Assembly (NCBI GenBank): GCA_963783375.1
Contig: CAWANH010000028.1
Coordinates: forward strand, 512,001-576,000
Source of the DNA: Candidatus Eiseniibacteriota bacterium
GTDB taxonomy: Bacteria > Eisenbacteria > RBG-16-71-46 > JABDJR01
Direction of reading: 5' to 3'
DNA: 64,000 nt
Of this stretch, positions 42,291-53,614 are shown one piece after another. The notes beneath the pieces are model-generated. The model had not been told where the DNA came from. It ran no database searches and saw only the letters and a program-made list of their open reading frames with translations. Positions within the stretch are counted from its first letter, which is position 1; each line of letters opens with the position of its first letter. Position numbers and translations under genes: made by a program.

Positions 42291-42454
42291 CTTAGTGATC
42301 GGTTGGAGATGGCCGTGGCGTCGATCAGCGTGCCCAAGTGGCACAAACTCATCCGACGGCTCGGCCCTCAACAGGTCTGATTGTTCCTCCATCGGTCCAT
42401 TTGACTCGGACCGGTGAGATTCCATCGGTTACAACCCAACAAAGGAGTGAGACC

Positions 42455-42742
42455 ATGAAGGTCACGCCTCTTTCGGATCGTGTTCTCGTCCGCCGCCTCG
42501 AGGCTGCGGAGGAGAAGCGGGGCGGGATCATCATCCCCGACACCGCCAAGGAAAAGCCCCAACAGGGTGAAATCATCGCTGTCGGCCCCGGTCGCGTGAC
42601 CGAGGACGGAAAGCGCGTCGCCCCCGAGGTCAAGAAAGGCCAGCGGGTGCTGATCGGCAAGTACTCCGGCACCGAGGTCAAGATCGACGGCGACGAATTC
42701 GTGATCCTGCGCGAAGACGACATCCTGGGGATCGTCGCCTGA
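42455..42742 (+). CDS. groES: Co-chaperonin GroES
   Basis: [42 protein letters not shown]; AAGGAG RBS. Confidence 0.98.
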   Translation: MKVTPLSDRVLVRRLEAAEEKRGGIIIPDTAKEKPQQGEIIAVGPGRVTEDGKRVAPEVKKGQRVLIGKYSGTEVKIDGDEFVILREDDILGIVA

Positions 42743-42778
42743 TCGACGCGGATCCAAAAGCTTGAAGTCGTTTTGTGA

Positions 42779-44536
<1,758 letters not shown>

Positions 44537-44562
44537 TCCCTCCGGTCCTTCGGTACCAACGG

Positions 44563-44595
44563 AAAGCCCCGGGAGCGATCCCGGGGCTTTTTGTT
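44563..44595 (+). terminator. Rho-independent terminator of groESL
   Basis: AAAGCCCCGGGA-GCGA-TCCCGGGGCTTT followed by TTGTT. Confidence 0.88.
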
Positions 44596-44681
44596 GGGGC
44601 CCGGAGCGGCTCCGGCGGCGACGGTTGCGCGCGGGGACATCGACCGGCGCGGTCCGACCCGCCCCCGGCGCCCGACCCGGG

Positions 44682-44843
44682 TCAGGGGAGATAGGCGCGG
44701 GATATACGTATCCCGAGGTACATGCCCACCCCGGATAGGATCGTGCTCACGAAAAAGGCGGTCATGATGCCGACGAACGCTCCGAGCCACCACCCCACCG
44801 CGCCGCCCACCGTGGCTCCCAGAAGAACGACGATGCGTTGCAT
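44682..44843 (-). CDS. Small two-TM membrane protein (53 aa)
   Basis: MQRIVVLLGATVGGAVGWWLGAFVGIMTAFFVSTILSGVGMYLG..; GGAGG RBS. Confidence 0.7.
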   Translation of the reverse strand: MQRIVVLLGATVGGAVGWWLGAFVGIMTAFFVSTILSGVGMYLGIRISRAYLP

Positions 44844-44938
44844 GGGGGTCCTCCGATCAAGACGTATCCCGGGGTGATCGGCACCCGGGGCGGGCCGGCT
44901 TAGCCGGACCGGCGGGACTTCGGAGTCCTCCCTGGAGA

Positions 44939-45424
44939 CTACACCCCCAGCCGCCGCCGGATCTCCGCCACCAGCTCGCCGGGGTCGCCGGCGGCGTCCA
45001 CGGTCAGGGCGTGTTCCGGCTCCTCCAGCGTTTCGAACTGGCTCCGGAGGAGGTCCGCCTTGAAGAAGTGCCCGCGGCGCGTTTGGAGCCGCCGGTGGAA
45101 GAGCTCGTAGGACCCCTTCAGGTACACGAAGTGAAGGTCGGGGTGGTCCCGTCGCAGGAATTCGCGGTAGGCGCGCCTGAGGGCGGAGCAGGCGATGACC
45201 GCGGAGACGCGTTCCTCCTCCAGGCCGTCGATGAGCCCCCGGATCGCCTCCAGCCACGGCGCGCGGTCCCGGTCGTCGAGGGGCTCCCCCCGAGCCATCT
45301 TCTCCTTGTTCGACTCGGGGTGGAAGTCATCCCCCTCGTGGAAGGGCCAGTCCAGGGCATGGGCGAGCCGCTTACCCACCGTGGTCTTCCCCGAACCCGA
45401 GACCCCGATCACGGTGACGATCAC
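44939..45424 (-). CDS. gntK: Gluconokinase
   Basis: GVSGSGKTT, EGDDFHP..N..KM..G.PL.D.DR.PWL, ACSAL, SQFETLE; GTGA overlap with the upstream gene. Confidence 0.92.
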   Translation of the reverse strand: MIVTVIGVSGSGKTTVGKRLAHALDWPFHEGDDFHPESNKEKMARGEPLDDRDRAPWLEAIRGLIDGLEEERVSAVIACSALRRAYREFLRRDHPDLHFVYLKGSYELFHRRLQTRRGHFFKADLLRSQFETLEEPEHALTVDAAGDPGELVAEIRRRLGV

Positions 45425-46203
45425 GCGGTGTCCTCGGAGCTCCAGGAGAGGGGATCCTGGCGGTAGAACCGTTGAAGCTCCCCGTAGAGCGCGGGATGCC
45501 GGCGCTTCAGGGCCCCCGGCATCTGGAAGAAGGTCTCGGTGGCCACGGCGAAGAACTCGGCCGGGTTGGTGGCTCCGTAGGGATTCAGCAGGGTGGGAGC
45601 GCCCGTCTCGGCATCGCGGCGGAGGGCCGCGTATTCGTCCCCCAGGACCCGGGCCCAGGCCACGTACATGCTCCGGCGGGGAAGAACGGGCGCGCCGTCC
45701 GAGGCTCCGTCCTCCTGGTCGAGCTGGTGGGCGAACTCGTGGAGGGTCACGTTCCTCCCGTCCTGGACGTCGGCGGCTCCCGACTGCGCGTGATCCCAGG
45801 AGAGCACGACCACCCCGGTCTGCCAGGCCTCGCCCAGCCGCCCCATCTCCCCCTCGGCCACCACCCCGTATCCCACGCGTTCGCTGACCCGGGCCACGTA
45901 GGCGCTGGGGTAGACCAGGATGGTGACCAGCCGGGGATAGACGTCGGTGTCGCGATGAAGAAGCAGGAGACAGGCCTGGGCGGCGATCACGACCCGGATG
46001 TCGTCGGTCACTTCCAGCCCGCCGCAACCCTCGAAGCGCTTCTCGGCGAGGAAGACCTGGATCAGCCGCTCGAGTTCCTCGCGGTCGGCTTCGGAGAGCC
46101 GGCGGTAGAGGGCGAAGTTCCGCTCCAGGACGGCGCGGAAGGCCTCGGGAAACGTGTGGTTCCGAAGGCGCTTCCGCCGGAGCCATTTGAGCGGATCGAG
46201 CAT
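45421..46203 (-). CDS. MtfA-like zinc peptidase (M90)
   Basis: FLAEK.FEGC.GL, IAAQAC, ILVYP, GEAW, HEFAHQLD, YGATNPAEFFAV.TE.FF. Confidence 0.9.
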   Translation of the reverse strand: MLDPLKWLRRKRLRNHTFPEAFRAVLERNFALYRRLSEADREELERLIQVFLAEKRFEGCGGLEVTDDIRVVIAAQACLLLLHRDTDVYPRLVTILVYPSAYVARVSERVGYGVVAEGEMGRLGEAWQTGVVVLSWDHAQSGAADVQDGRNVTLHEFAHQLDQEDGASDGAPVLPRRSMYVAWARVLGDEYAALRRDAETGAPTLLNPYGATNPAEFFAVATETFFQMPGALKRRHPALYGELQRFYRQDPLSWSSEDTA

Positions 46204-46376
46204 GGATTCCTTCTCCGGACCGGGTCTGGGGGGCCGGCGACCAGTATGACAGACCGGCCCCGGCCGGACGCCCGAACCCGATGAGCGGCCCGGCCTTTTC
46301 CGCGGGCCTCGGTTGGAGTAGCATGGCCGACCGCGATCGAAAACAGCAAGGATTCCCCGATGCACCAGGAGACGAA

Positions 46377-48134
46377 ATGTCCGATCACGATCCATCCCTC
46401 GATTACACCCTCCGGTTCAGCGAACCCTGGGCCCATTACGTGGACGTGGAGCTTCGCTTCGCCGCGCCGGCCGGCCGGCCCGCGGTAACCCTCTGGATGC
46501 CGGTCTGGACGCCGGGTTCGTACCTCGTTCGTGAGTTCTCCCGGAACGTGGAGTCGTTCCGCGCCGAGGCCTCGGAGGGGCGGACCCTGCGGTGGCGGAA
46601 GACGCGGAAGAACCGGTGGGAGATCGCGGCGGACGGCACCCCGGAGATCCGCGTCACCTACCGCGTCTACGGCCGGGAGCTGACGGTGCGCACCAACTGG
46701 ATCGACGACGGCTTCGCGCTCCTGAACGGCGCCGCGACCGTCCTCGCCGTCGAGGGGCGGGAAGGCGAGCCCCACCGGATCCGGGTGGAGCTTCCCCGGG
46801 GATGGGCCGGGGTGTGGACGTCGCTGGACTCCGAAGACGGTCCCGACGGCCGGACCTACGTGGCCCGGGACCTGGACGAGGTGGTGGATTCACCGATCCT
46901 CGCCGGCTCTCCCGCGGTCCACGACTTCGAGGTGGACGGAAAGCCGGTGAGCCTGGTGAACGTGGGCGAAGGCGGGCTCTGGGACGGCGCCAAGGCCGCC
47001 GGGGACGTGAAGACCCTGGTCGAGGGCTACCGCGCGATGTACGGCTCCCTCCCCTTTCCCCGCTACCTCTTCCTGAACCTGATCACCGAGTCCCGCGGCG
47101 GCCTGGAGCACAAGGGGTCGAGCGTGCTCATGACCTCGCGCTACGCGTTTCGCCGCCGCAAGAGCTACGTGGACTGGCTGGGGCTGGTGAGCCACGAATT
47201 CTTCCACGTATGGAACGTGAAACGCAGCCGGCCGGAGGCGCTCGGTCCCTTCGACTACGAGAACGAGGTCTACACCCGAAGCCTCTGGGTGGCGGAGGGG
47301 CTCACCAACTACTACACCGATCTCCTCCCCCGCCGGACCGGACTCATCACGCCCGACGAGTACCTGGAGAAGCTCTCCAAGCACATCGACACCGTCCAGA
47401 CCACCCCGGGGCGCCTCTTCGCCTCGCTGGAGGAGTCGAGCTTCGACGCCTGGATCAAGCTCTACCGCCCCGACGAGAACAGCGCCAACACCACCATCAG
47501 CTACTACGTGAAGGGCGCGGTGGTGGGCTGGCTCCTGGACGCGGCCATCCGCCGGGCGAGCGGCGGGAAGCGGACCCTGGACGACATGATGCGCCACCTC
47601 TACGAACGCTTCGCCGGGGAACGCGGCTACTCCGATCGGGCGGTCCAGGCCGCGGCGGAGGAGATCGCCGGCGCGCCCCTGGGGAGCTTCTTCGATCGTC
47701 ACATCCGAGGCACCGAGGAGGTGGACTACGCCCCCGCCCTGGCGCTCTTCGGGCTTCGCTTCCGCGACCCGGCGGCGGGCCGGGGGGAGGACGCGCCGTC
47801 GATCCAGGTGGGGTTCGAGACCCGGGAAGACCAGGGACGGCTGCTGGTGAAGTCGGTGCGCCGGGACGGCCCCGCGCACGAGGGAGGGCTCGACGCGGGG
47901 GACGAGATCCTGGCCGTGGGGGGCTACCGGATCACCCCCGACACCTTCGCCGAGCGGCTCCTCCAGTACGCCCCCGGGGATCGGCTCGAGTTCCTGGTGG
48001 CGCGGCGGGATGCGATCCGGATCGTTCCGCTGACCGCGGCCGGGCACCCGGGCTCCCCCTGGCGTCTGGAACCGGATCCCGAGGCCTCGGAGGAGGCGGT
48101 CGCCGCGCGCGAGGCGTGGCTGGGGGGCCGATAG
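46377..48134 (+). CDS. M61 glycyl aminopeptidase with PDZ domain
   Basis: MPVWTPGSY, GGLEH, HEFFHVWNVKR, LWVAEG, SYYVKG, C-terminal PDZ (GPA..GGL..GDEILAV). Confidence 0.92.
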   Translation: MSDHDPSLDYTLRFSEPWAHYVDVELRFAAPAGRPAVTLWMPVWTPGSYLVREFSRNVESFRAEASEGRTLRWRKTRKNRWEIAADGTPEIRVTYRVYGRELTVRTNWIDDGFALLNGAATVLAVEGREGEPHRIRVELPRGWAGVWTSLDSEDGPDGRTYVARDLDEVVDSPILAGSPAVHDFEVDGKPVSLVNVGEGGLWDGAKAAGDVKTLVEGYRAMYGSLPFPRYLFLNLITESRGGLEHKGSSVLMTSRYAFRRRKSYVDWLGLVSHEFFHVWNVKRSRPEALGPFDYENEVYTRSLWVAEGLTNYYTDLLPRRTGLITPDEYLEKLSKHIDTVQTTPGRLFASLEESSFDAWIKLYRPDENSANTTISYYVKGAVVGWLLDAAIRRASGGKRTLDDMMRHLYERFAGERGYSDRAVQAAAEEIAGAPLGSFFDRHIRGTEEVDYAPALALFGLRFRDPAAGRGEDAPSIQVGFETREDQGRLLVKSVRRDGPAHEGGLDAGDEILAVGGYRITPDTFAERLLQYAPGDRLEFLVARRDAIRIVPLTAAGHPGSPWRLEPDPEASEEAVAAREAWLGGR

Positions 48135-48206
48135 CCGGCGCCGGCGCGCCCCCCGACGATCCTCCCGTTCTACCGGGGACCGGGCGTCAGCCGAGGATCG
48201 TGGAAC

Positions 48207-51200
48207 CTACCAACCGGGCGCGATCTGGAATCCGAAGTGGGCGCCCTTTTCCGGCCTCTGGAAGGGGTAGGCGTAGTAGATCTCCATGACCAGGGCGCCC
48301 AGCACGTTGATGCGCGCCGAAAGCCCGGTGCTGAACACCGGCACCCGGTCGGCCGACTGTTCCCTGAGCTTGAACACCGGGTGCTCCTCACGGGTCCAGG
48401 CCACGCCCCCGTCCAGGAAGGCGGCCAGCTCGGTGGGCACGTAGGGGAAGTTGATCAGCCCGAACTGGCTGGTCCCCAGGACCGGCACCCGGACCTCGAG
48501 GTTGGCCACTCCGATCCGACTCCCGATCAGCCGGTTGAAGGCCGGACAGTTGGGATCGTTCCCGCACTCGGTGAGATCGAAGGAGCCGGTGCTGTAACCG
48601 CGGACCAGGCTCGAATAACCGAGGAAGAGCGGGTTCAGCCGGTCGGTTTCCGCGTCCCGGCCGTAGCGCCCCACGTGGATCGCCCGGGCGGCGACGGTGA
48701 CGGGGTTCAGGAAGAGATAGCGGCGGTAGTCCACCAACAGGGTCTGGAAGTTCAGGGTGCCCACGGTGGGGTCCACCTCCAGGCGGTAGCGTCCTCCCTT
48801 GATGGGGGAGGTGAACCCGAAGTAGGAGTTGTCGCCGACCAGGGCCACCGAGGCTTCGGCGAGGCTAAGCCCCGCGGGCGCGGACCCGCTCACCGTCCGG
48901 TGATCGATGACCGCCCCGCCCGCCGAGACCTCGCTCTCCACCTCGCGATCGAAGCCGAGATGGGTATAGCCCAAGGTGGCCTCCACCCGACGGGTCGAGG
49001 AGAACGGGTAGATTCCCAGGAGCGCCCCGCTGTCCACGAAGGTGCGGTCCCGGACCTGGCTGACCTTGTAGCCCTGGTAGCTGTTCCCCTGGATGTCCAC
49101 CGTGGTGTCCTGCAGGGTGGTGTAGTAGCTCAGGTAGGGAATGTGACCGGCCATCACCCCCCAGTTCCATCGGTGGGTCCGGTTCTGATAGACGAGCTGT
49201 CCCCCGATGTCCTTTACCCCCCCGTTGGCGGCCAGGGCCCCGGCCAGGACGTGGTTACCCAGCATGTCGCTGAAGTAGCCGCTCACCCCGCCGCCCAGGC
49301 CCGCGCCGTAGCGGTCCACCGCCACGCCGACCCCGGTGGCCCCGATGAAGTCGAGCTGGAGCTTGGGGTGATAGGGATGGATCTTGAAGTCCGCCCCGCT
49401 CGGAAGGCCGGTGTAGGGATCGGCCAGGTAGGCGGTGATCACGCTTCGCGCCCGCGGCCTTTCCGGAGGAAGGTTCCAGGGAGCATCGATCAGCGAGTCC
49501 GGGAGCGGGGGCTGAAACGCGGCCATCAAGGTGTCCACCGCCGCGCTCTCCGCCGCCGCCCGCACCGAGTCCGCCTTCGCCGAGGCCTCGTCGCGGCGAT
49601 GCGATCCGTCCCGGTCCCCCTTCTCGCCGTGGGCGCGGTGCGCGGTCCGGGTCTCCCCCGCCTCCACGGGCGGGCCGGCGGGATCCCCGGTCGCCGGGGG
49701 CGCGGCGGGAAGCGCGCCCGGCTGGGCGGCGATCGCCGCGGTGTCCGCACCGGCCGCCGAGGCCACGATCGACGGCGGCGGCACCGGCGCCTTCCCCAGG
49801 GGAACGCCCTGGGCCGCCTCCCCCTCCAGGGAGTAGACGTTGTAGTTCCCCTTGATGAACACCGAGAACATCACCCGCCCGGACTCACGGGCCACCGACA
49901 TGGCCGGCGAGAGGCCGGTGATCCCGCTCACCCCGGTCACCACGTTGGTGACCTGGTACACCTCCCGGGTGGCCAGGTCGATCCGGTAGACGTCGCTGAA
50001 CCCGCCCCGGTCGGAGATGAAATAGAGGCTCTTCCCGTCGGGGGCGAACTCGGGGTTCATGTGCTTGAAGTTGCCGAAGGGGGCCAGGGTGCGGATGTCC
50101 CCGGTGGCCACGTCGATGAGGCCCAGGCGCATGGGACCGGCGGTGAGCTCCTCGAAATCGGTCCGGGGTCCCCGGTCGGTCACCCAGGCGATGGTCTTCC
50201 CGTCGGGAGACCAGGCGGGGCTCAGGTCGGCGTTCCGGTCGTCGGTGAGCCGGCGGGTCTTCTCGGTGGCCACGTCCATCAGGTAGAGATCGCTGATCCC
50301 CCCCGAGGACCCGGCGAAGGCGATGGTCTTCCCGTCCGGGGACCACGACGGGTTCGAGATGTCCCCCACCTCGGGAACGCGGATTCGCTTCACGAAGTCC
50401 CCGGTCTCCGCATTCACGATGGCCAGGTCGTTGTTGCCCTTGGCAAAGACCGCGAACACGAACTGCTTCCCGTCCGGGGACCAGGAGCCGGCGGAGTCGA
50501 TGAAGCGCATGGAGTCGAAATGGGGGTTCGAGCTCGAGCTCACCAGGCGCCGGATGATCTTTCCCGTCTCGGCGTCGGCCAGGAAGAGGTCGATGGAGAA
50601 GAGGTCCTTCTCGGAGAGGAAGGCCACCCGGCGGCCGTCCGGGCTCACCGAGGGGGCCAGGTTCATCTTGCCCGAGTCCATGTCGGGGGCGAGCACCTTG
50701 CGTCCGCTGGAATCGGGAGCGCTCCGTCCGGCCATTGCCGGCTCATAGGACGCCTTGACCGCCTGCTTCCACACCTTGGACAGGGAGTCGCTCCGCATGC
50801 CGATGTACTTGGCCAGGGCGTACTCCATCCCCCGCCGCCCGCTGGCGTTGTAGATCTTGGGCACCGTCCGGTCGCCCCAGGTTCCCCCCACGAACGCCCA
50901 GAGGGCCTCGCCGTAGCGGTAGGGAAAGTACTTGGGATCGGTGGTGAGCTGCTTGATGGTGGGGAAGTCGTCGAAATAGAGGGCGTCCCGCATCCACATG
51001 GCGGTGTTGGAGTCGTCCCGCCCCAGAGAGATGTACTCGGCCATCCCCTCGATGAGCCAGAGGGGGAGGGCGTCGATCCGGAAGCCCGTGGTGTCGTCCG
51101 CCGCGTTGGCGATGTCGTACTGGAACACGTGCACCAGCTCGTGGCCCAGGACGTGGTCGTTGGCCGCGTAGTCGCCGGTCAGCGGCAGGACCACCCGGTT

Positions 51201-51566
51201 CTTGAGCGACTCGGTCACCCCGCCCGTCCCCTCGCTCACGAAGCCGGACAGGACGTTGGTCTGCTCGAAGTCGGCGTGGTTGGCGTAGAGGACGATGGGC
51301 TTCTTGACCTCGAAGGTGTGCGCGAAGAGCCGGCGGTAGCGGCTGTACCACCGCTCGGCCATCCGCCCCATGTCCTTGGCCGCCTCTTCCTCGCTGGGAT
51401 AGAAGTAGATGTTGAAGTGATCGGTGGAGAGAACCTTGAACTGGAAGGTCTCGTACTGGACCTTGTTGCGACCGAAATACTGGGCCGAAGCCCCCGGCGA
51501 CCATGCCGCCGTCGCGGCGATCACGAGGAGCGCCAGACCGATCGCCCGATTCCTGGAGGAGCCCAT
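48207..51566 (-). CDS. Gluzincin peptidase + TolB/PD40 propeller + BamA/TamA(Omp85)-like barrel fusion protein
   Basis: Signal peptide then QYFGRNKVQY; HELVH..WLIEGMAEY; WSPDG repeats; barrel with VRGY motif, FLDGG.AW and terminal FQIAPGW. Confidence 0.85.
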   Translation of the reverse strand: MGSSRNRAIGLALLVIAATAAWSPGASAQYFGRNKVQYETFQFKVLSTDHFNIYFYPSEEEAAKDMGRMAERWYSRYRRLFAHTFEVKKPIVLYANHADFEQTNVLSGFVSEGTGGVTESLKNRVVLPLTGDYAANDHVLGHELVHVFQYDIANAADDTTGFRIDALPLWLIEGMAEYISLGRDDSNTAMWMRDALYFDDFPTIKQLTTDPKYFPYRYGEALWAFVGGTWGDRTVPKIYNASGRRGMEYALAKYIGMRSDSLSKVWKQAVKASYEPAMAGRSAPDSSGRKVLAPDMDSGKMNLAPSVSPDGRRVAFLSEKDLFSIDLFLADAETGKIIRRLVSSSSNPHFDSMRFIDSAGSWSPDGKQFVFAVFAKGNNDLAIVNAETGDFVKRIRVPEVGDISNPSWSPDGKTIAFAGSSGGISDLYLMDVATEKTRRLTDDRNADLSPAWSPDGKTIAWVTDRGPRTDFEELTAGPMRLGLIDVATGDIRTLAPFGNFKHMNPEFAPDGKSLYFISDRGGFSDVYRIDLATREVYQVTNVVTGVSGITGLSPAMSVARESGRVMFSVFIKGNYNVYSLEGEAAQGVPLGKAPVPPPSIVASAAGADTAAIAAQPGALPAAPPATGDPAGPPVEAGETRTAHRAHGEKGDRDGSHRRDEASAKADSVRAAAESAAVDTLMAAFQPPLPDSLIDAPWNLPPERPRARSVITAYLADPYTGLPSGADFKIHPYHPKLQLDFIGATGVGVAVDRYGAGLGGGVSGYFSDMLGNHVLAGALAANGGVKDIGGQLVYQNRTHRWNWGVMAGHIPYLSYYTTLQDTTVDIQGNSYQGYKVSQVRDRTFVDSGALLGIYPFSSTRRVEATLGYTHLGFDREVESEVSAGGAVIDHRTVSGSAPAGLSLAEASVALVGDNSYFGFTSPIKGGRYRLEVDPTVGTLNFQTLLVDYRRYLFLNPVTVAARAIHVGRYGRDAETDRLNPLFLGYSSLVRGYSTGSFDLTECGNDPNCPAFNRLIGSRIGVANLEVRVPVLGTSQFGLINFPYVPTELAAFLDGGVAWTREEHPVFKLREQSADRVPVFSTGLSARINVLGALVMEIYYAYPFQRPEKGAHFGFQIAPGW

Positions 51567-51667
51567 GGCGTCTCCCTGTACTCTGGTAAGCCCGTGTGCG
51601 AGGGGTCGGCGGGGCCGCGGGCCGGACGCCGACGATACCAAGTGTAAGCCTTTTTTCCGGTCCTCGG

Positions 51668-52804
51668 TCAGCTCGCGTCCAATTCGACCTTCATGGACAG
51701 GAAGCTCATGAGGTCCTTGAGCGAGAGAATCCCCACCAGACGCTCTCCCTCCACCACCATGAGCCGGCTCGCGTGGTACCGGCGCATCCGGGTCAACGCC
51801 TCCATGGCGTCGGTGTCCGGGGAGAGCGTGTTCTCCTCCGAGCACCCCGAGGCGAGGTCCCGGACCCGGGTCCAGTCCCACTTCTCCCGGGGAACCTCCT
51901 TGACCTGGGCCAGGGTCACACACCCCAGGAGCCGGCCGTCGTCCACCACCGGATAGAGCTTGTGATGGGTACGGAAAACGTACTGCTCCACCAGGTCCCG
52001 GACGTAGACGTCCGGATCCACGGTGACCGGATCCGAGGTCATGAACCGGCGGACCGGCTCCCCCTCCAGCTCCCGGCGCAGGAGGAGCTGGCGGTAGGAC
52101 TGGCCGGCCGCTCCCCGCAGGAACATGCCGATCAGGAACCACCAGACCCCGGAGACGACGTTCCCGGTGATGAAGGAAACCACCCCCAGAACGATCAGGA
52201 GGGCTCCGAAACCCGATCCGATTGAGGATGTTACCCGCGTGGCCCGCTTGATGTTCCCGTGGCGGCCCCAGAGGATGGCCCGGAGCACCCGGCCCCCGTC
52301 CAGGGGGAAAGCGGGGATGAGGTTGAACACGGCCAGGACGAGGTTGATCTCGCCGAGATAGAGAAGCACGCCCTTGGCCGGGGAGGCGGCCTTCAGGAAG
52401 GGTCCGGGCATGAGCCAGGCCCCGGCCAGAACCGCCAACCCCAGGAGGATGCTGGATATCGGACCCGCGGCGGCCATGAAGAACTCGGCCTTGGGGCTCG
52501 GGGGCTCATCGGTCATCTCCGCCACCCCGCCGAAGATGAAGAGGGTGATCCCGCTCATCTCCATCCCGAAGCGCCGGGCCACCAGGGAGTGGCAAAGCTC
52601 GTGGAAGATGATGGAGAGAAACAGCCCCAGCGCGCCCAGGGACCCCATGGCCCAGTAGACGAGGGGGGTCTGACCCTTCACCTGGGCGGGGAAGATCCCC
52701 TGGGCCAGGGACCAGGTGACCAGGACCGCGATGAAGATCCAGGTCACATCGATCCGGACCGCGAACCCGAACAGACGGAACAGGGTGATGGATCGCCCGA
52801 ACAT
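51668..52804 (-). CDS. Site-2 protease (M50) with tandem CBS domains
   Basis: HELCH, LFIFGGVA, AAGP, NLIPAFPLDGGR, C-terminal CBS pair. Confidence 0.92.
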   Translation of the reverse strand: MFGRSITLFRLFGFAVRIDVTWIFIAVLVTWSLAQGIFPAQVKGQTPLVYWAMGSLGALGLFLSIIFHELCHSLVARRFGMEMSGITLFIFGGVAEMTDEPPSPKAEFFMAAAGPISSILLGLAVLAGAWLMPGPFLKAASPAKGVLLYLGEINLVLAVFNLIPAFPLDGGRVLRAILWGRHGNIKRATRVTSSIGSGFGALLIVLGVVSFITGNVVSGVWWFLIGMFLRGAAGQSYRQLLLRRELEGEPVRRFMTSDPVTVDPDVYVRDLVEQYVFRTHHKLYPVVDDGRLLGCVTLAQVKEVPREKWDWTRVRDLASGCSEENTLSPDTDAMEALTRMRRYHASRLMVVEGERLVGILSLKDLMSFLSMKVELDAS

Positions 52805-52815
52805 GGTCCGGTTCC

Positions 52816-53514
52816 TCAGAAGGGGTTGGTGGCCCAGACCGAGAATTCCGGGATGAATCCCCGGTCGTCGATGGTGAGCGCCCCCACCACCGCGTCCGCG
52901 ATCTCGCGCGCGGTGAGCTTCCTGGGATTCAACTCCGTGGGCTCCTCGGGCCGGCCGAAGTTGGTCTGCACCTCGCTCGGGCTCACCAGCATGACCCTCA
53001 CGTTGTGGGGGCGAAGCTCGGCCCGCCAGCATTCGGTGAGACCGCGCAGGGCGAACTTGGAGGCGACATAGGCGCTTCCCCCCGGGTACCCCTTGTAGCC
53101 CGCGGTGGAAGAGACGTTGACGATGTTTCCGGACTTCTGGCCGATGAAGTGGGGCGCCGCCGCGCGGGTCATCAGCATGGCTCCGGTCACGTTCACCTCG
53201 AGCACCTGCCGGAAGTGCTCGGGATCCATCTCGGTCAGCGGGGCGTAGACCGCGCCGGCGGCGTTGTTGACCAGGAGGTCCAATCCACCGAACTCCTCCA
53301 CCGTGCGCCCGACCGCCCGGGTTGCGTCCTCGTCCCGGGAAACGTCGCCGGGGATGGCCAGGGCCCCGAGTTCCTTGGCCGCGGCCTGGAGCCGGTCGGC
53401 GTGGCGGGCGGTGACCGCCACCTTCGCCCCGCGCTCGATGAGGGAGGCGGCCAGGGCCCGGCCGATTCCCTTGCTCCCGCCGGTGATGAGGACGCGGGCG
53501 TTCTTCAACTCCAT
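52816..53514 (-). CDS. Short-chain dehydrogenase/reductase
   Basis: TGGSKGIG, NNAA, SS, YVASK; GGAGG RBS. Confidence 0.92.
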   Translation of the reverse strand: MELKNARVLITGGSKGIGRALAASLIERGAKVAVTARHADRLQAAAKELGALAIPGDVSRDEDATRAVGRTVEEFGGLDLLVNNAAGAVYAPLTEMDPEHFRQVLEVNVTGAMLMTRAAAPHFIGQKSGNIVNVSSTAGYKGYPGGSAYVASKFALRGLTECWRAELRPHNVRVMLVSPSEVQTNFGRPEEPTELNPRKLTAREIADAVVGALTIDDRGFIPEFSVWATNPF

Positions 53515-53614
53515 GATGACCTCCTTGGCAAAGGGCTCGAGCCCGAATTCACGGTCGAACCGGGCCCCTTCCAGCTTATACGATCTCTCTGGATCGCGTG
53601 CTAGGATCGCCCCC

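Noticed and set aside
42267-42295. CIRCE element
   Set aside because: Only TTAGCAC is present; no GAGTGCTAA at N9 spacing.
48237-51647. Very long antisense ORFs (also 6119-8311, 14137-16155, 34255-36357, 53576-56908, 56914-60267)
   Set aside because: Expected mirror ORFs of high-GC3 genes; no motifs and biased composition.
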